A DNA stretch of 43,512 nucleotides from a virus (Duplodnaviria; Heunggongvirae; Uroviricota; Caudoviricetes): IMG/VR virus record IMGVR_UViG_2563366800_000009, positions 1 through 43,512 of that record. One strand, written 5' to 3'. A model generated the notes under the pieces. It searched no databases and was not told where the DNA came from. It saw nothing but the letters and a program-made list of their open reading frames with translations. The first letter of the stretch is position 1. The number at the start of each line of letters is the position of its first letter. Positions 1-8,765 of the stretch are shown piece after piece. The position numbers were made by a program, and so were the translations under genes.

Positions 1-933
1 ATGGACAACGACAAAATTGATCAACACAGCGACGAAATTGAAGTTGAGAGCGAAGAAAAAGAGCGCGGCAAAAAAATAGAAATAGATGAAGACCGACTCC
101 CCTCCCGGGCGATGGCAATTCATGAGCATATCCGCCAGGATGGTGAAAAAGAGCTGGAACGCGACGCAATGGCGCTACTGTGGTCAGCCATTGCGGCGGG
201 TCTGTCGATGGGCGCTTCGTTACTGGCAAAAGGGATATTTCATGTCGAACTGGAAGGTGTGCCGGGCAGCTTCTTGCTGGAGAATCTCGGTTATACCTTT
301 GGTTTTATTATCGTCATTATGGCCCGCCAGCAATTATTTACCGAAAATACCGTGACTGCGGTACTACCCGTCATGCAAAAACCGACAATGAGCAACGTCG
401 GCTTACTTATACGGTTATGGGGCGTCGTGCTGCTGGGTAATATTCTCGGGACAGGTATTGCGGCGTGGGCATTTGAATATATGCCTATCTTCAATGAAGA
501 AACTCGCGATGCATTTGTCAAAATCGGCATGGATGTGATGAAGAACACCCCCAGCGAGATGTTTGCCAACGCGATCATTTCCGGCTGGCTGATCGCCACT
601 ATGGTTTGGATGTTTCCTGCAGCGGGTGCGGCAAAGATTGTGGTGATTATATTGATGACCTGGCTTATTGCCCTGGGTGACACCACCCATATCGTGGTCG
701 GTTCTGTTGAAATCCTCTATCTGGTGTTTAACGGTACGCTGCACTGGAGCGATTTCATCTGGCCCTTCGCACTACCTACTTTAGCGGGGAACATCTGCGG
801 CGGCACCTTTATCTTCGCGTTAATGAGTCATGCACAGATTCGTAACGACATGAGCAATAAGCGTAAAGCAGAAGCACGCCAAAAAGCAGAACGTGCGGAA
901 AACATTAAGAAAAATTATAAAAACCCGGCATAA
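1..933 (+). CDS. yfdC: Inner membrane protein YfdC, formate/nitrite transporter family; host gene flanking argW
   Basis: 310-aa ORF with multiple hydrophobic helices; recognised as YfdC; sits immediately upstream of argW as in E. coli K-12. Confidence 0.8.
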   Translation: MDNDKIDQHSDEIEVESEEKERGKKIEIDEDRLPSRAMAIHEHIRQDGEKELERDAMALLWSAIAAGLSMGASLLAKGIFHVELEGVPGSFLLENLGYTFGFIIVIMARQQLFTENTVTAVLPVMQKPTMSNVGLLIRLWGVVLLGNILGTGIAAWAFEYMPIFNEETRDAFVKIGMDVMKNTPSEMFANAIISGWLIATMVWMFPAAGAAKIVVIILMTWLIALGDTTHIVVGSVEILYLVFNGTLHWSDFIWPFALPTLAGNICGGTFIFALMSHAQIRNDMSNKRKAEARQKAERAENIKKNYKNPA

Positions 934-1008
934 ATGGCGAGGGTTTAAGCAATCGAGCGGCAGCGTACTTACCCCGCACTCCATTAGCGGGTATACTCAT
1001 GCCGCATT

Positions 1009-1083
1009 GTCCTCTTAGTTAAATGGATATAACGAGCCCCTCCTAAGGGCTAATTGCAGGTTCGATTCCTGCAGGGGACACCA
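1009..1083 (+). tRNA. argW: tRNA-Arg (anticodon CCU); prophage integration site (attL side)
   Basis: 75-nt cloverleaf read by eye: acceptor GTCCTCT/AGGGGAC, anticodon loop CTCCTAA, T-arm GGTTCGATTCC, discriminator A plus CCA. Confidence 0.9.
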
Positions 1084-1199
1084 TTTATCAGTTCGCTCCC
1101 ATCCGTACCAGTCCGCAAAATCCCCTGAATATCAAGCCTTCCGTATATTCACGGTTCGTCATGGTTCGCGTCAGATCGTTGACAGCCGCACTCCATGAC

Positions 1200-1244
1200 G
1201 GGTAAAAAGTGGATAAAATAATTTTACCCACCGGATTTTTACCC
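1200..1244 (+). promoter_or_regulatory. Repeat cluster directly upstream of intS: GGGTAAAAA (1200-1208) inverted relative to direct copies TTTTACCC (1222-1229) and TTTTTACCC (1236-1244); candidate recombination-protein binding sites or intS control region
   Basis: Repeats seen in sequence; last copy abuts the intS ATG. Confidence 0.4.
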
Positions 1245-2402
1245 ATGCTCACCGTTAAGCAGATTGAAGCAGCAAAGCCGAAAGAAAAACCATACCGCCT
1301 TCTCGATGGTAATGGCCTGTACCTTTATGTTCCTGTATCCGGGAAAAAGGTATGGCAGCTTCGCTACAAGATTGACGGTAAGGAGAAAATCCTGACCGTC
1401 GGAAAATATCCGCTTATGACTTTGCAGGAAGCAAGGGATAAGGCATGGACTGCGAGGAAAGACATCTCGGTTGGCATCGATCCGGTAAAGGCGAAAAAGG
1501 CTTCGTCTAACAACAATTCATTTAGTGCGATTTACAAGGAATGGTACGAGCACAAGAAGCAAGTCTGGTCAGTAGGCTATGCAACTGAACTTGCCAAAAT
1601 GTTTGATGACGACATTTTACCCATCATCGGCGGTCTTGAGATTCAGGATATTGAGCCGATGCAACTGCTGGAAGTAATCCGCAGATTTGAAGATCGCGGT
1701 GCAATGGAACGAGCCAATAAAGCCCGCAGAAGATGCGGCGAGGTTTTCCGTTACGCTATTGTCACCGGCAGGGCTAAATATAACCCGGCACCTGACCTTG
1801 CTGACGCCATGAAAGGATACCGCAAGAAGAACTTCCCGTTTCTTCCTGCCGACCAGATCCCGGCATTCAACAAAGCACTGGCAACATTTTCAGGAAGTAT
1901 CGTATCGCTCATTGCTACCAAAATTTTACGCTACACCGCCCTAAGAACGAAAGAGCTTCGTTCCATGCAATGGAAGAACGTCGATTTTGAAAACAGGATT
2001 ATCACCATCGACGCCAGTGTGATGAAGGGACGCAAAATTCATGTGGTCCCGATGTCAGACCAGGTGGTTGAACTTCTCACTACGCTAAGCTCCATCACTA
2101 AACCAGTATCAGAGTTTGTTTTTGCCGGGCGCAACGATAAGAAGAAGCCGATCTGCGAGAACGCGGTGCTGCTTGTGATCAAACAAATCGGCTATGAAGG
2201 TCTGGAAAGCGGTCACGGATTCAGGCATGAATTCAGCACGATTATGAACGAGCACGAATGGCCTGCTGACGCTATTGAAGTGCAACTGGCACATGCCAAC
2301 GGCGGATCTGTGCGTGGGATTTACAACCATGCTCAGTATCTCGATAAGCGCAGAGAAATGATGCAGTGGTGGGCGGATTATCTCGATGAGAGGGTGGCAT
2401 AG
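1245..2402 (+). CDS. intS: Tyrosine integrase IntS (P4-like family), 385 aa
   Basis: Protein begins MLTVKQIEAAKPKEKPYRLLDGNGLYLYVP, recognised as KplE1 IntS; ORF track extends it upstream to a GTG at 1209 but the ATG at 1245 gives the known 385-aa length; adjacent to tRNA. Confidence 0.9.
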   Translation: MLTVKQIEAAKPKEKPYRLLDGNGLYLYVPVSGKKVWQLRYKIDGKEKILTVGKYPLMTLQEARDKAWTARKDISVGIDPVKAKKASSNNNSFSAIYKEWYEHKKQVWSVGYATELAKMFDDDILPIIGGLEIQDIEPMQLLEVIRRFEDRGAMERANKARRRCGEVFRYAIVTGRAKYNPAPDLADAMKGYRKKNFPFLPADQIPAFNKALATFSGSIVSLIATKILRYTALRTKELRSMQWKNVDFENRIITIDASVMKGRKIHVVPMSDQVVELLTTLSSITKPVSEFVFAGRNDKKKPICENAVLLVIKQIGYEGLESGHGFRHEFSTIMNEHEWPADAIEVQLAHANGGSVRGIYNHAQYLDKRREMMQWWADYLDERVA

Positions 2403-2645
2403 CGCCACCTATAAACCGTGCAATAATCAAACTCACATGCGCATCGTTGATGATGTATGTGATCACCACAAATATCACATCTGGACTAGTTCCGTCTTCA
2501 TGCGTAGGTATCTGTTCACGCCTCCATTTCTGCAAATCCTAAAGATGAGGTTTTGGGATATCTTTTTATCCTCAGTTCTCTATCCATTCTACAAAGCAGT
2601 AATGAACCATCACAGTGTGATAGTGAGACATCCGCTACGTTAATT

Positions 2646-2671
2646 GCAGAGAAATGATGCAATGGTGGGCG
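2646..2671 (+). repeat. Degenerate duplicate of the intS 3' end (compare 2350-2375); integrase C-terminus remnant
   Basis: 26 bp with one mismatch to 2350-2375; would encode REMMQWWA as at the IntS C-terminus. Confidence 0.6.
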
Positions 2672-2742
2672 AACTGGTTACCATGCAAAACATCATGTCT
2701 TATAACGTAAATAATTATAGCTTCATTATATAAAGCCATTAT

Positions 2743-4695
2743 CTAACGAAGCCATTGGCTTGGTTTTTGTTTCAGTATATGTATCGCCCCTTGACCGGAA
2801 GCTGCCTGTTGTGCAGTTGCTAGCGTCACTATGTAGGTATTCCCTACTGTTCTTGGTTGAGTAAGGTTAAACTGCAGCGGTGAAGTATCACAGGATATGT
2901 ATTCTATTCCTGAATCAGAAGTCACCTGAAATTCAGTATATAATACACTACCGGAAGAGATAGAAATGTGAATTGCTATCTCACCTCCAGTGTATACAAA
3001 AGGTATACTTGGCATATTTGAAAAATCCTTAAAGTTAAGCATTGACGATGAACTAATAACCTCTTTGCCTACGTCATTAGTAAGTTGAACCGGTTTAGTG
3101 TAATCATAAGCCAGTAGAACGTAATAGTTTACAAAATTTACAAAACTTGAAGACGCCTTTGAAGAGCTATGCCATGTTTTTTTATTGTCCACACGGTATA
3201 TGGATTGGATGTTTAGAAACTCACTTGCCGTTGCTCTTTGCAGTATACCAGTACCTATGCCAAAATGGATATTACCAACGTCAAACACGTGGTCCTCGAC
3301 ATTTCCTGTAGTTGATAATATCGCGATATCAGGCTCTGCACTATCTTCAAGCGCTTCACTGCATTTTTCAAAGTACATAGAACCAACAGACCAACTAACA
3401 GCGTTAACAGTAGCTAAACCAGCGCCTGCTGTGGTTTCAGCTATTAATGTTCCTATTCTTGATGCCAATCCTTGCCCGAGAGTGACACCGGCACCTATGA
3501 GCTGTGGGGTTAAAGATGATGAATACGGATCATACCCATAGGACAAAGATTTTGATGTGTTATACGCAGCGACGACACCAAATTCAACACCATTAACGTT
3601 TACGTCTCCGGTTTCACCGGAGAAACCATGTGCCAAAGAGACACCTCTTGCACAATCAATTCCCATATATTGATTTACTTTATGATACCAACTCCCAAGA
3701 AGTACAATTCCAACTTCTGTGGCATTATAAGCATATATAATGTCTGTGACAGATTCTGCAACTACACCAAAACCATAAAAACCGTAAGGCGCAACATTGT
3801 TAGCATCAATATTTAATGTACCAATGTGCCTAATTCCACGAACTTGTTGTTCAGGCAATGAAAGATCCGGGGATGTTCCTACTGGTTTTTTGCTGGCGCG
3901 AACTACAGCCTTTCCACCCCATGAATAGCCACTCATCGCTTTAATAGTTGCGCCGTTTGTTTCCATCACTAAATACGATGGGATAACAACTTCATCGCTA
4001 ACAAAATATGTACAACCAGGCGTTAACTCAATAAACCCTGTTTTAATTGCCATGTTAATTGCATTTAAACAATCACTTTCAGAATAAGGTTTGGCGCCGA
4101 AGTTCTCTGGGGTGTTTAAGTTAAACCCATTAAGTAGTCCAACGCATATCCAATTATCATCTGGATGGCTTCCAGCATCAACATCATAACCGCCTTCTAC
4201 TATATCTTTCCTGGCATAAAAATACATGTTTCCATCAGGATCGTTATCATAAAGAACAGCATAGCGCTCATCATCAATATGTCCACCTGATGAAAAACTA
4301 ATATCAGACTTAAAATAGAAGTTAAGTCTGAAATGATTTTTTGCCCATACAGAAAATTGATCAGGATCATACTTCAGCACATTCGGAAAATAGAACTGCT
4401 GCGCCCCATACGCATCATAAACAGCCATAGAATGGCCCTGTACAGTAACGAATTTGGCAATCTGTCCGTTATATACCGGATATCCAGCAGCGTTAATGAT
4501 GATTGGCTGCGAAACAGGAACGTGAGAGCCGTCTTCGTTCTCCACATAAACCTGAATCTGGTTTTCAGGATTTACCGGGTCAGTGTCAATTTTACCGATA
4601 TAAATTTTGCCATTGGCAACCGCTTTAAAAGAACGCGCCATAGTGAAGAGTTGCGAAGGCATTGATACGATCACATTGGCTGTAATGTCTGTCAT
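2743..4695 (-). CDS. Tailspike protein; P22-type N-terminal head-binding domain with divergent receptor-binding/enzymatic domain
   Basis: N-terminus [34 protein letters not shown]...[13 protein letters not shown] matches the conserved P22/Sf6/HK620 tailspike head-binding domain; the rest is distinct. Confidence 0.85.
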   Translation of the reverse strand: MTDITANVIVSMPSQLFTMARSFKAVANGKIYIGKIDTDPVNPENQIQVYVENEDGSHVPVSQPIIINAAGYPVYNGQIAKFVTVQGHSMAVYDAYGAQQFYFPNVLKYDPDQFSVWAKNHFRLNFYFKSDISFSSGGHIDDERYAVLYDNDPDGNMYFYARKDIVEGGYDVDAGSHPDDNWICVGLLNGFNLNTPENFGAKPYSESDCLNAINMAIKTGFIELTPGCTYFVSDEVVIPSYLVMETNGATIKAMSGYSWGGKAVVRASKKPVGTSPDLSLPEQQVRGIRHIGTLNIDANNVAPYGFYGFGVVAESVTDIIYAYNATEVGIVLLGSWYHKVNQYMGIDCARGVSLAHGFSGETGDVNVNGVEFGVVAAYNTSKSLSYGYDPYSSSLTPQLIGAGVTLGQGLASRIGTLIAETTAGAGLATVNAVSWSVGSMYFEKCSEALEDSAEPDIAILSTTGNVEDHVFDVGNIHFGIGTGILQRATASEFLNIQSIYRVDNKKTWHSSSKASSSFVNFVNYYVLLAYDYTKPVQLTNDVGKEVISSSSMLNFKDFSNMPSIPFVYTGGEIAIHISISSGSVLYTEFQVTSDSGIEYISCDTSPLQFNLTQPRTVGNTYIVTLATAQQAASGQGAIHILKQKPSQWLR

Positions 4696-4751
4696 TTAAT
4701 TTGCTCCAGATACAAGGAATCACCGAAGCATGGCTACGATGAATTTTGGGC

Positions 4752-4777
4752 ATAAAAAAACCCAGCCGAAGCTGGGT
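4752..4777 (-). terminator. Rho-independent terminator between ant and tailspike gene
   Basis: Hairpin CCCAGC-TTCG-GCTGGG followed by a T-run on the minus strand. Confidence 0.55.
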
Positions 4778-4795
4778 TGTCGCGTTGGTTATCTG

Positions 4796-5674
4796 TCAGT
4801 AGTTATGTACTGAAGGAGGTAATTCTTTATTCTTAAGTCTCATCCATGCGGAAAGATTCGCTGGTCCGTCTGGCTCATTGATATCAACATCTCGTGTGTG
4901 ATTGATTAAAACGTCTCTCGCCATTCCGATAACATACGAGAATTCATGACCGTAGTCGTAGCATCTGCCGGAATAGTTCGATTGAACTTGTTTTAATGCC
5001 GGATACAGTTCGCGGAATAATGCCTGTGAACGGTTAGCATAATCCCATAGCCATACAAGGCTGTTTGCTTCTTTTGCAGAAAGCTCGTTTGCTTTCTTCT
5101 CTTGTTTGCCGATAAACTCGCCTTCAAGCACTACCCTGTGGATGTACTCTACGGCCAGCGGGATTTGTTCAATTGAAAGTTCATCAATGCTGTCAATACC
5201 AAAACGCTGATGAACCATATTGTATGCATCGTCATAGCGAAGTCCTTTCTTTCCTACCAGCATGTTTACTGCATCGCGTAGCGGCGTTCTTTCCTCAACA
5301 GTGGTTTTCTTGCCTTTCACATACTCGCCATGTTTGCGAATTGAAGGTAGAACTTCTGCTGTTACCCACTTGCGGAATTTGTGCGGGACCGAACCTTTAT
5401 TGACAGCATCGCGGCAGCGCAGAACCAATGTATACATACCTGATTCGCTAACAATGCTTAGATTCTGCTCACCACCAAGGGTGTAACTTAAAGTTACTCC
5501 CTTTTCATCGTCATCAAGTGCAGTAAGCGCCTTGCGTGAGTTAGTCAGGGTTAAAGCATCACAAACATCTTTTGCTACAAACCACGGCTCACCGCATTTG
5601 TTGATGACGCGGATTTCACTGTCGCCGAATTTGAAGATGGTGAAATCGTTTTGTGCCTTTGCTATACTTTTCAT
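4796..5674 (-). CDS. ant: Antirepressor Ant (BRO-N plus antirepressor C-terminal domain)
   Basis: Position downstream of arc as in P22 immI; ATG at 5674 has an AGGAAA RBS; ORF-track start at 5740 is a TTG. Confidence 0.7.
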   Translation of the reverse strand: MKSIAKAQNDFTIFKFGDSEIRVINKCGEPWFVAKDVCDALTLTNSRKALTALDDDEKGVTLSYTLGGEQNLSIVSESGMYTLVLRCRDAVNKGSVPHKFRKWVTAEVLPSIRKHGEYVKGKKTTVEERTPLRDAVNMLVGKKGLRYDDAYNMVHQRFGIDSIDELSIEQIPLAVEYIHRVVLEGEFIGKQEKKANELSAKEANSLVWLWDYANRSQALFRELYPALKQVQSNYSGRCYDYGHEFSYVIGMARDVLINHTRDVDINEPDGPANLSAWMRLKNKELPPSVHNY

Positions 5675-5736
5675 GTCAATATTTCCTAATCCGATTTGTT
5701 GATACCGAAGCCCTGACTGTTCCCGCAGTTGGGGCT

Positions 5737-5910
5737 TCAACTTTTTGCTAGATTACCTTTAGAACTATCCCGCCTTAAACTATCCACTAACCGCATTACC
5801 ATCTCGGTATTTATTGAGCGACCATTTTCTTTCGCTGACTTCTCGATTGCTAACTTAACCTCTAATGGGATGCGCAAAGGGTACTTTGGTGCGTCTGACT
5901 TGACTATCAT
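5737..5910 (-). CDS. arc: Arc-like ribbon-helix-helix repressor
   Basis: [35 protein letters not shown] resembles P22 Arc; GGAGG RBS before the ATG at 5910. Confidence 0.7.
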   Translation of the reverse strand: MIVKSDAPKYPLRIPLEVKLAIEKSAKENGRSINTEMVMRLVDSLRRDSSKGNLAKS

Positions 5911-5928
5911 ATTACCTCCAATCAATTT

Positions 5929-5945
5929 GGTATAACCGTTATACC
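5929..5945. promoter_or_regulatory. 17-bp near-perfect palindrome GGTATAACCGTTATACC between divergent arc and mnt; candidate operator
   Basis: Palindrome seen in sequence in the divergent promoter region. Confidence 0.4.
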
Positions 5946-5998
5946 ATTGTGATCGCAGTGATGCAATAGTAATATCACCAAAATGCTATGGAGGTGGT

Positions 5999-6235
5999 AT
6001 GTCACGCGAAGAGCCGCAAATAAATATCAGGATTTCCAAAGAGTTAAAGGCAAAGGTTAAAGCCAGGGCGCAACATAACAAGCGTTCCATGAATGCTGAA
6101 ATAATACAGATTATCGAAGATGCTGTTTGTGGTAGATCGCTTAATAGCAATGAATTTGCTCAGAAAGAGGCTGACAAATTCAGGGATGCGCTGATTGAAA
6201 CACTGAAAACCATGTATGGTAAGGATGCAAAATGA
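5999..6235 (+). CDS. mnt: Mnt-like ribbon-helix-helix repressor
   Basis: N-terminus PQINIRISKELKAKVKARAQHNKRSMNAEIIQIIEDA resembles P22 Mnt; divergent from arc-ant. Confidence 0.7.
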   Translation: MSREEPQINIRISKELKAKVKARAQHNKRSMNAEIIQIIEDAVCGRSLNSNEFAQKEADKFRDALIETLKTMYGKDAK

Positions 6236-6441
6236 ATAAAAAACAGTTTATTAAGTCAAAAACATCAAGCAAGGAAGAGCTAGAGAAAGAGCTAAACTCC
6301 CTGAAATATGCTCTGTGTCTGGTTTACTCAAGACTGCCAATGGAAGATAAAAACGCTATTTACAATGAAATGATTAGCAGCCTTGATTTTAACGATAGAG
6401 ACCTAGCATCCCACCTCAACAGCTTCCGCGTCCCTGAGTAA
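6232..6441 (+). CDS. Hypothetical 69-aa protein, translationally coupled to mnt
   Basis: ATGA start/stop overlap with mnt; AT-rich. Confidence 0.5.
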   Translation: MNKKQFIKSKTSSKEELEKELNSLKYALCLVYSRLPMEDKNAIYNEMISSLDFNDRDLASHLNSFRVPE

Positions 6442-6601
6442 TTCTGTTGCGGATTTGCTTCTTGCGGTGGTTTAGGCTGGAGAGCTTGGCTTCTGCTTCC
6501 GATATTTGCGCATCCAGATCTTTAAGTTCAAGATCTGAAAGTCGCTGGTCAAGCAGGGTTTGATTCAACTCGATGTTGTTCAGGCGTTCTTCTATGGTCA
6601 T
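6416..6601 (-). CDS. Hypothetical 61-aa coiled-coil ORF convergent with and overlapping the 69-aa ORF
   Basis: Heptad-like sequence MTIEERLNNIELNQTLLDQRLSDLELKDLDAQ; no clear RBS. Confidence 0.3.
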   Translation of the reverse strand: MTIEERLNNIELNQTLLDQRLSDLELKDLDAQISEAEAKLSSLNHRKKQIRNRITQGRGSC

Positions 6602-6626
6602 ATTGTTACCTTAGTGGGAGGTTGGC

Positions 6627-6983
6627 GTGAATGGTCAAACAATCATCATAATATTACTGAGCTTAATAGTTGCTAAGTTATATCCCCAAATCGGTTATAT
6701 TTCCCTAGTTGTCTGTACCTTGGTGGTCTTGGTATACGGGATATATAAAGTTTTTTCTTGGCTATTGCGTTTTAATGCTGCAAGAAAAACTATTTGGATC
6801 ATATTATTAGCAGCTATTGCAGCAACACCAGTGGGAATAGGGTATATCATAGATATTTTTTACCCTTCAAAAACAAAGGCATGGGTCATCGTCATTTGCT
6901 TTTACATCGCAGGTGTTTTTTTATTTGCTTTTCATTGGTGCTTTGTAAAGATTAATGAATACATATCAAGGGAAAAAAACTAA
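6627..6983 (+). CDS. Small integral membrane protein (about 4 TM helices) at the P22 sieA position; candidate superinfection-exclusion protein
   Basis: GTG start with GGGAGG RBS; strongly hydrophobic; visibly AT-rich; between mnt and the end of the late operon. Confidence 0.6.
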   Translation: MNGQTIIIILLSLIVAKLYPQIGYISLVVCTLVVLVYGIYKVFSWLLRFNAARKTIWIILLAAIAATPVGIGYIIDIFYPSKTKAWVIVICFYIAGVFLFAFHWCFVKINEYISREKN

Positions 6984-7006
6984 TATATGCCGTCCATGGC
7001 ATTTAG

Positions 7007-8755
7007 TCACTGCTGTGTTGCCTCAGTGGCAAGCAGCGGTCTGATGGCATTTGCAGCGTTACTTAATGCTCTTTCATAGGCTGGCGTTCCTGCCTTGGTG
7101 TTTGCCAGACGTAAGAGAGCATTCCTAGCCATAGGGCTTTCATAAACCCTCGACATAAGGCCAATCCCTGTTTCCCCAGCCAATAGCGCGCCTCCGGTTT
7201 TTAGGTTACCAATAACCCTTACCAAAGGCGCGAGTGTCATGCCAGTCTTCGTCACAACATTAGCCTCAGATGCTCTTTTGGTAGCATCGAGAATAGATAA
7301 CATCCCCTCTATCTCTTTTCCGTTCTTCCCACCAAATACAGTTTTAAACACCTGACCATTTGCTTGTTTTTGCAGCTTGCCAAGCTCGGTCATCATTTTC
7401 TGAGGGCTGTCACCTACCTTGTCAGCTATTTTGCTGATATATGCCGCCCTTAGCATGTCTTTACCTTTTTGATCGAGTTTCCCGTACAATCGAGCTATAT
7501 CTGACCCATATTGTCCATACACAATGGTATTTACAGCCTCGGGAGTTAAATCTCCTTTGTTTAGAACGTTTTTAAGGCGCGTTTGAGTTACATGTGTTGC
7601 CATTTTTGCATAATCAGCTTTTCCCGCTCTCCATGCTGAAGCATCTTTTGGGCTAAGTCCTTTCGCTATAGATTTACTAAGGCTATTGGTTAGCGAGTTA
7701 TAGACCCTGTCGACCATTGTTTGCGACATTGATGGCAGAACTGTACGATCGCCTTTTACGTCAATGCGGAACTGAGTTCTCAGCTTATCAAGTAACTCAA
7801 AGGCATCATCTCCATTTGTTATCTCCTGAATGGCATTCTTATAATCATTAAGCGCAGAAATGGTCTGGGTGTCAGAAACACCTTTAAGTTTCCCAAGTTC
7901 GTTTACTGCTCCGTCGATAGCTCTTATGGCGCCACTTGTATCAACTGGCTTTCCAACCATTCTTCCTGACAGGCTGTTTAGTTTTGACTTGGCTAACGAT
8001 TTTTCCCTTGCAACGCCTGACTTTAGACTATCAACGACTACAGATGGATCGTAGTCGCCGTATTTTTCGGTGAAGCGATTAACAAGCTTGGTTCTGGCAT
8101 CCTGCTGTGCGGCTCTCATTGGTCCAGTACCAGCTATGACTCCTTCTGAGTAACCCTGCAGTTGATTGCCAAGTTTTGTTTTTGGAGGAACTACATCCGA
8201 TGTCATAACTGGTACATCTGCCGCAGCGGCACGCTTGAGCAATTGCTGATCTGCTGGTGATATTTCGCCACGAACAGCAGTAATTCCACGCCCTATTCCC
8301 TTTGCTGCTGCGGAAAGAACCCCCTGAGCGGCAAGGTTAACTCCGGCGTTTCTTGCTGCATTTTGTGCGAAATCGCCTTTCTGATTTGCGGCCTCTGCCA
8401 GTGATCCAATAGCCATACTTCCTGCCGTTCCAACTCCTGGAACTAAATACCCGCCAATTGTTTCTCCAGCTTGAGCGTAGGAGTCTGTCGGTCTGTCTAC
8501 TGGACGATAGACATCATCCAATACTTTTGGCCCGCCTAACCCCTGACTAATAGCGTTAATCAGGCTTGCACCGCCCTGCAGCACATCGAACGGAATGTTT
8601 ACCAGGCCGCGACCGGCCTGCTCTGCGCTCTGCAACAGAGACTGCTCTTGCGGTTGAGCTGGCTGCTCATCAAACTGATCAAAGAAGTTACCCTCTGCCG
8701 CTGGAGTTTCCGGTTGAGGGATGGCTTCATCAAATTGGTCGAAGAAATTCGCCAT
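7007..8755 (-). CDS. Ejection (E) protein, P22 gp16-like
   Basis: 582 aa; size and position at the end of the late operon match P22 gene 16. Confidence 0.7.
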   Translation of the reverse strand: MANFFDQFDEAIPQPETPAAEGNFFDQFDEQPAQPQEQSLLQSAEQAGRGLVNIPFDVLQGGASLINAISQGLGGPKVLDDVYRPVDRPTDSYAQAGETIGGYLVPGVGTAGSMAIGSLAEAANQKGDFAQNAARNAGVNLAAQGVLSAAAKGIGRGITAVRGEISPADQQLLKRAAAADVPVMTSDVVPPKTKLGNQLQGYSEGVIAGTGPMRAAQQDARTKLVNRFTEKYGDYDPSVVVDSLKSGVAREKSLAKSKLNSLSGRMVGKPVDTSGAIRAIDGAVNELGKLKGVSDTQTISALNDYKNAIQEITNGDDAFELLDKLRTQFRIDVKGDRTVLPSMSQTMVDRVYNSLTNSLSKSIAKGLSPKDASAWRAGKADYAKMATHVTQTRLKNVLNKGDLTPEAVNTIVYGQYGSDIARLYGKLDQKGKDMLRAAYISKIADKVGDSPQKMMTELGKLQKQANGQVFKTVFGGKNGKEIEGMLSILDATKRASEANVVTKTGMTLAPLVRVIGNLKTGGALLAGETGIGLMSRVYESPMARNALLRLANTKAGTPAYERALSNAANAIRPLLATEATQQ

Positions 8756-8765
8756 TACTCCCTCC

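Noticed and set aside
86-744. Alternative-frame and antisense ORFs overlapping yfdC
   Set aside because: Embedded in a well-supported host membrane protein gene; no independent signals.
1209-1244. GTG start at 1209 extending IntS by 12 residues
   Set aside because: The ATG at 1245 gives the 385-aa IntS I recognise, and the upstream segment is occupied by the TTTTACCC repeats.
2386-2643. 85-aa plus-strand ORF in the int-tailspike spacer
   Set aside because: No RBS, odd composition, overlaps the intS stop and the integrase-remnant region; likely non-coding.
3185-4665. Plus-strand ORFs (118, 62, 110 aa) inside the tailspike gene, and similar antisense ORFs inside portal, coat, terminase and ejection genes
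   Set aside because: Fully embedded antisense to long, well-supported structural genes; no independent support.
5675-5740. Longer Ant starting at 5740
   Set aside because: That start is a TTG without RBS; the ATG at 5674 has an RBS and begins at the conserved antirepressor N-terminus.
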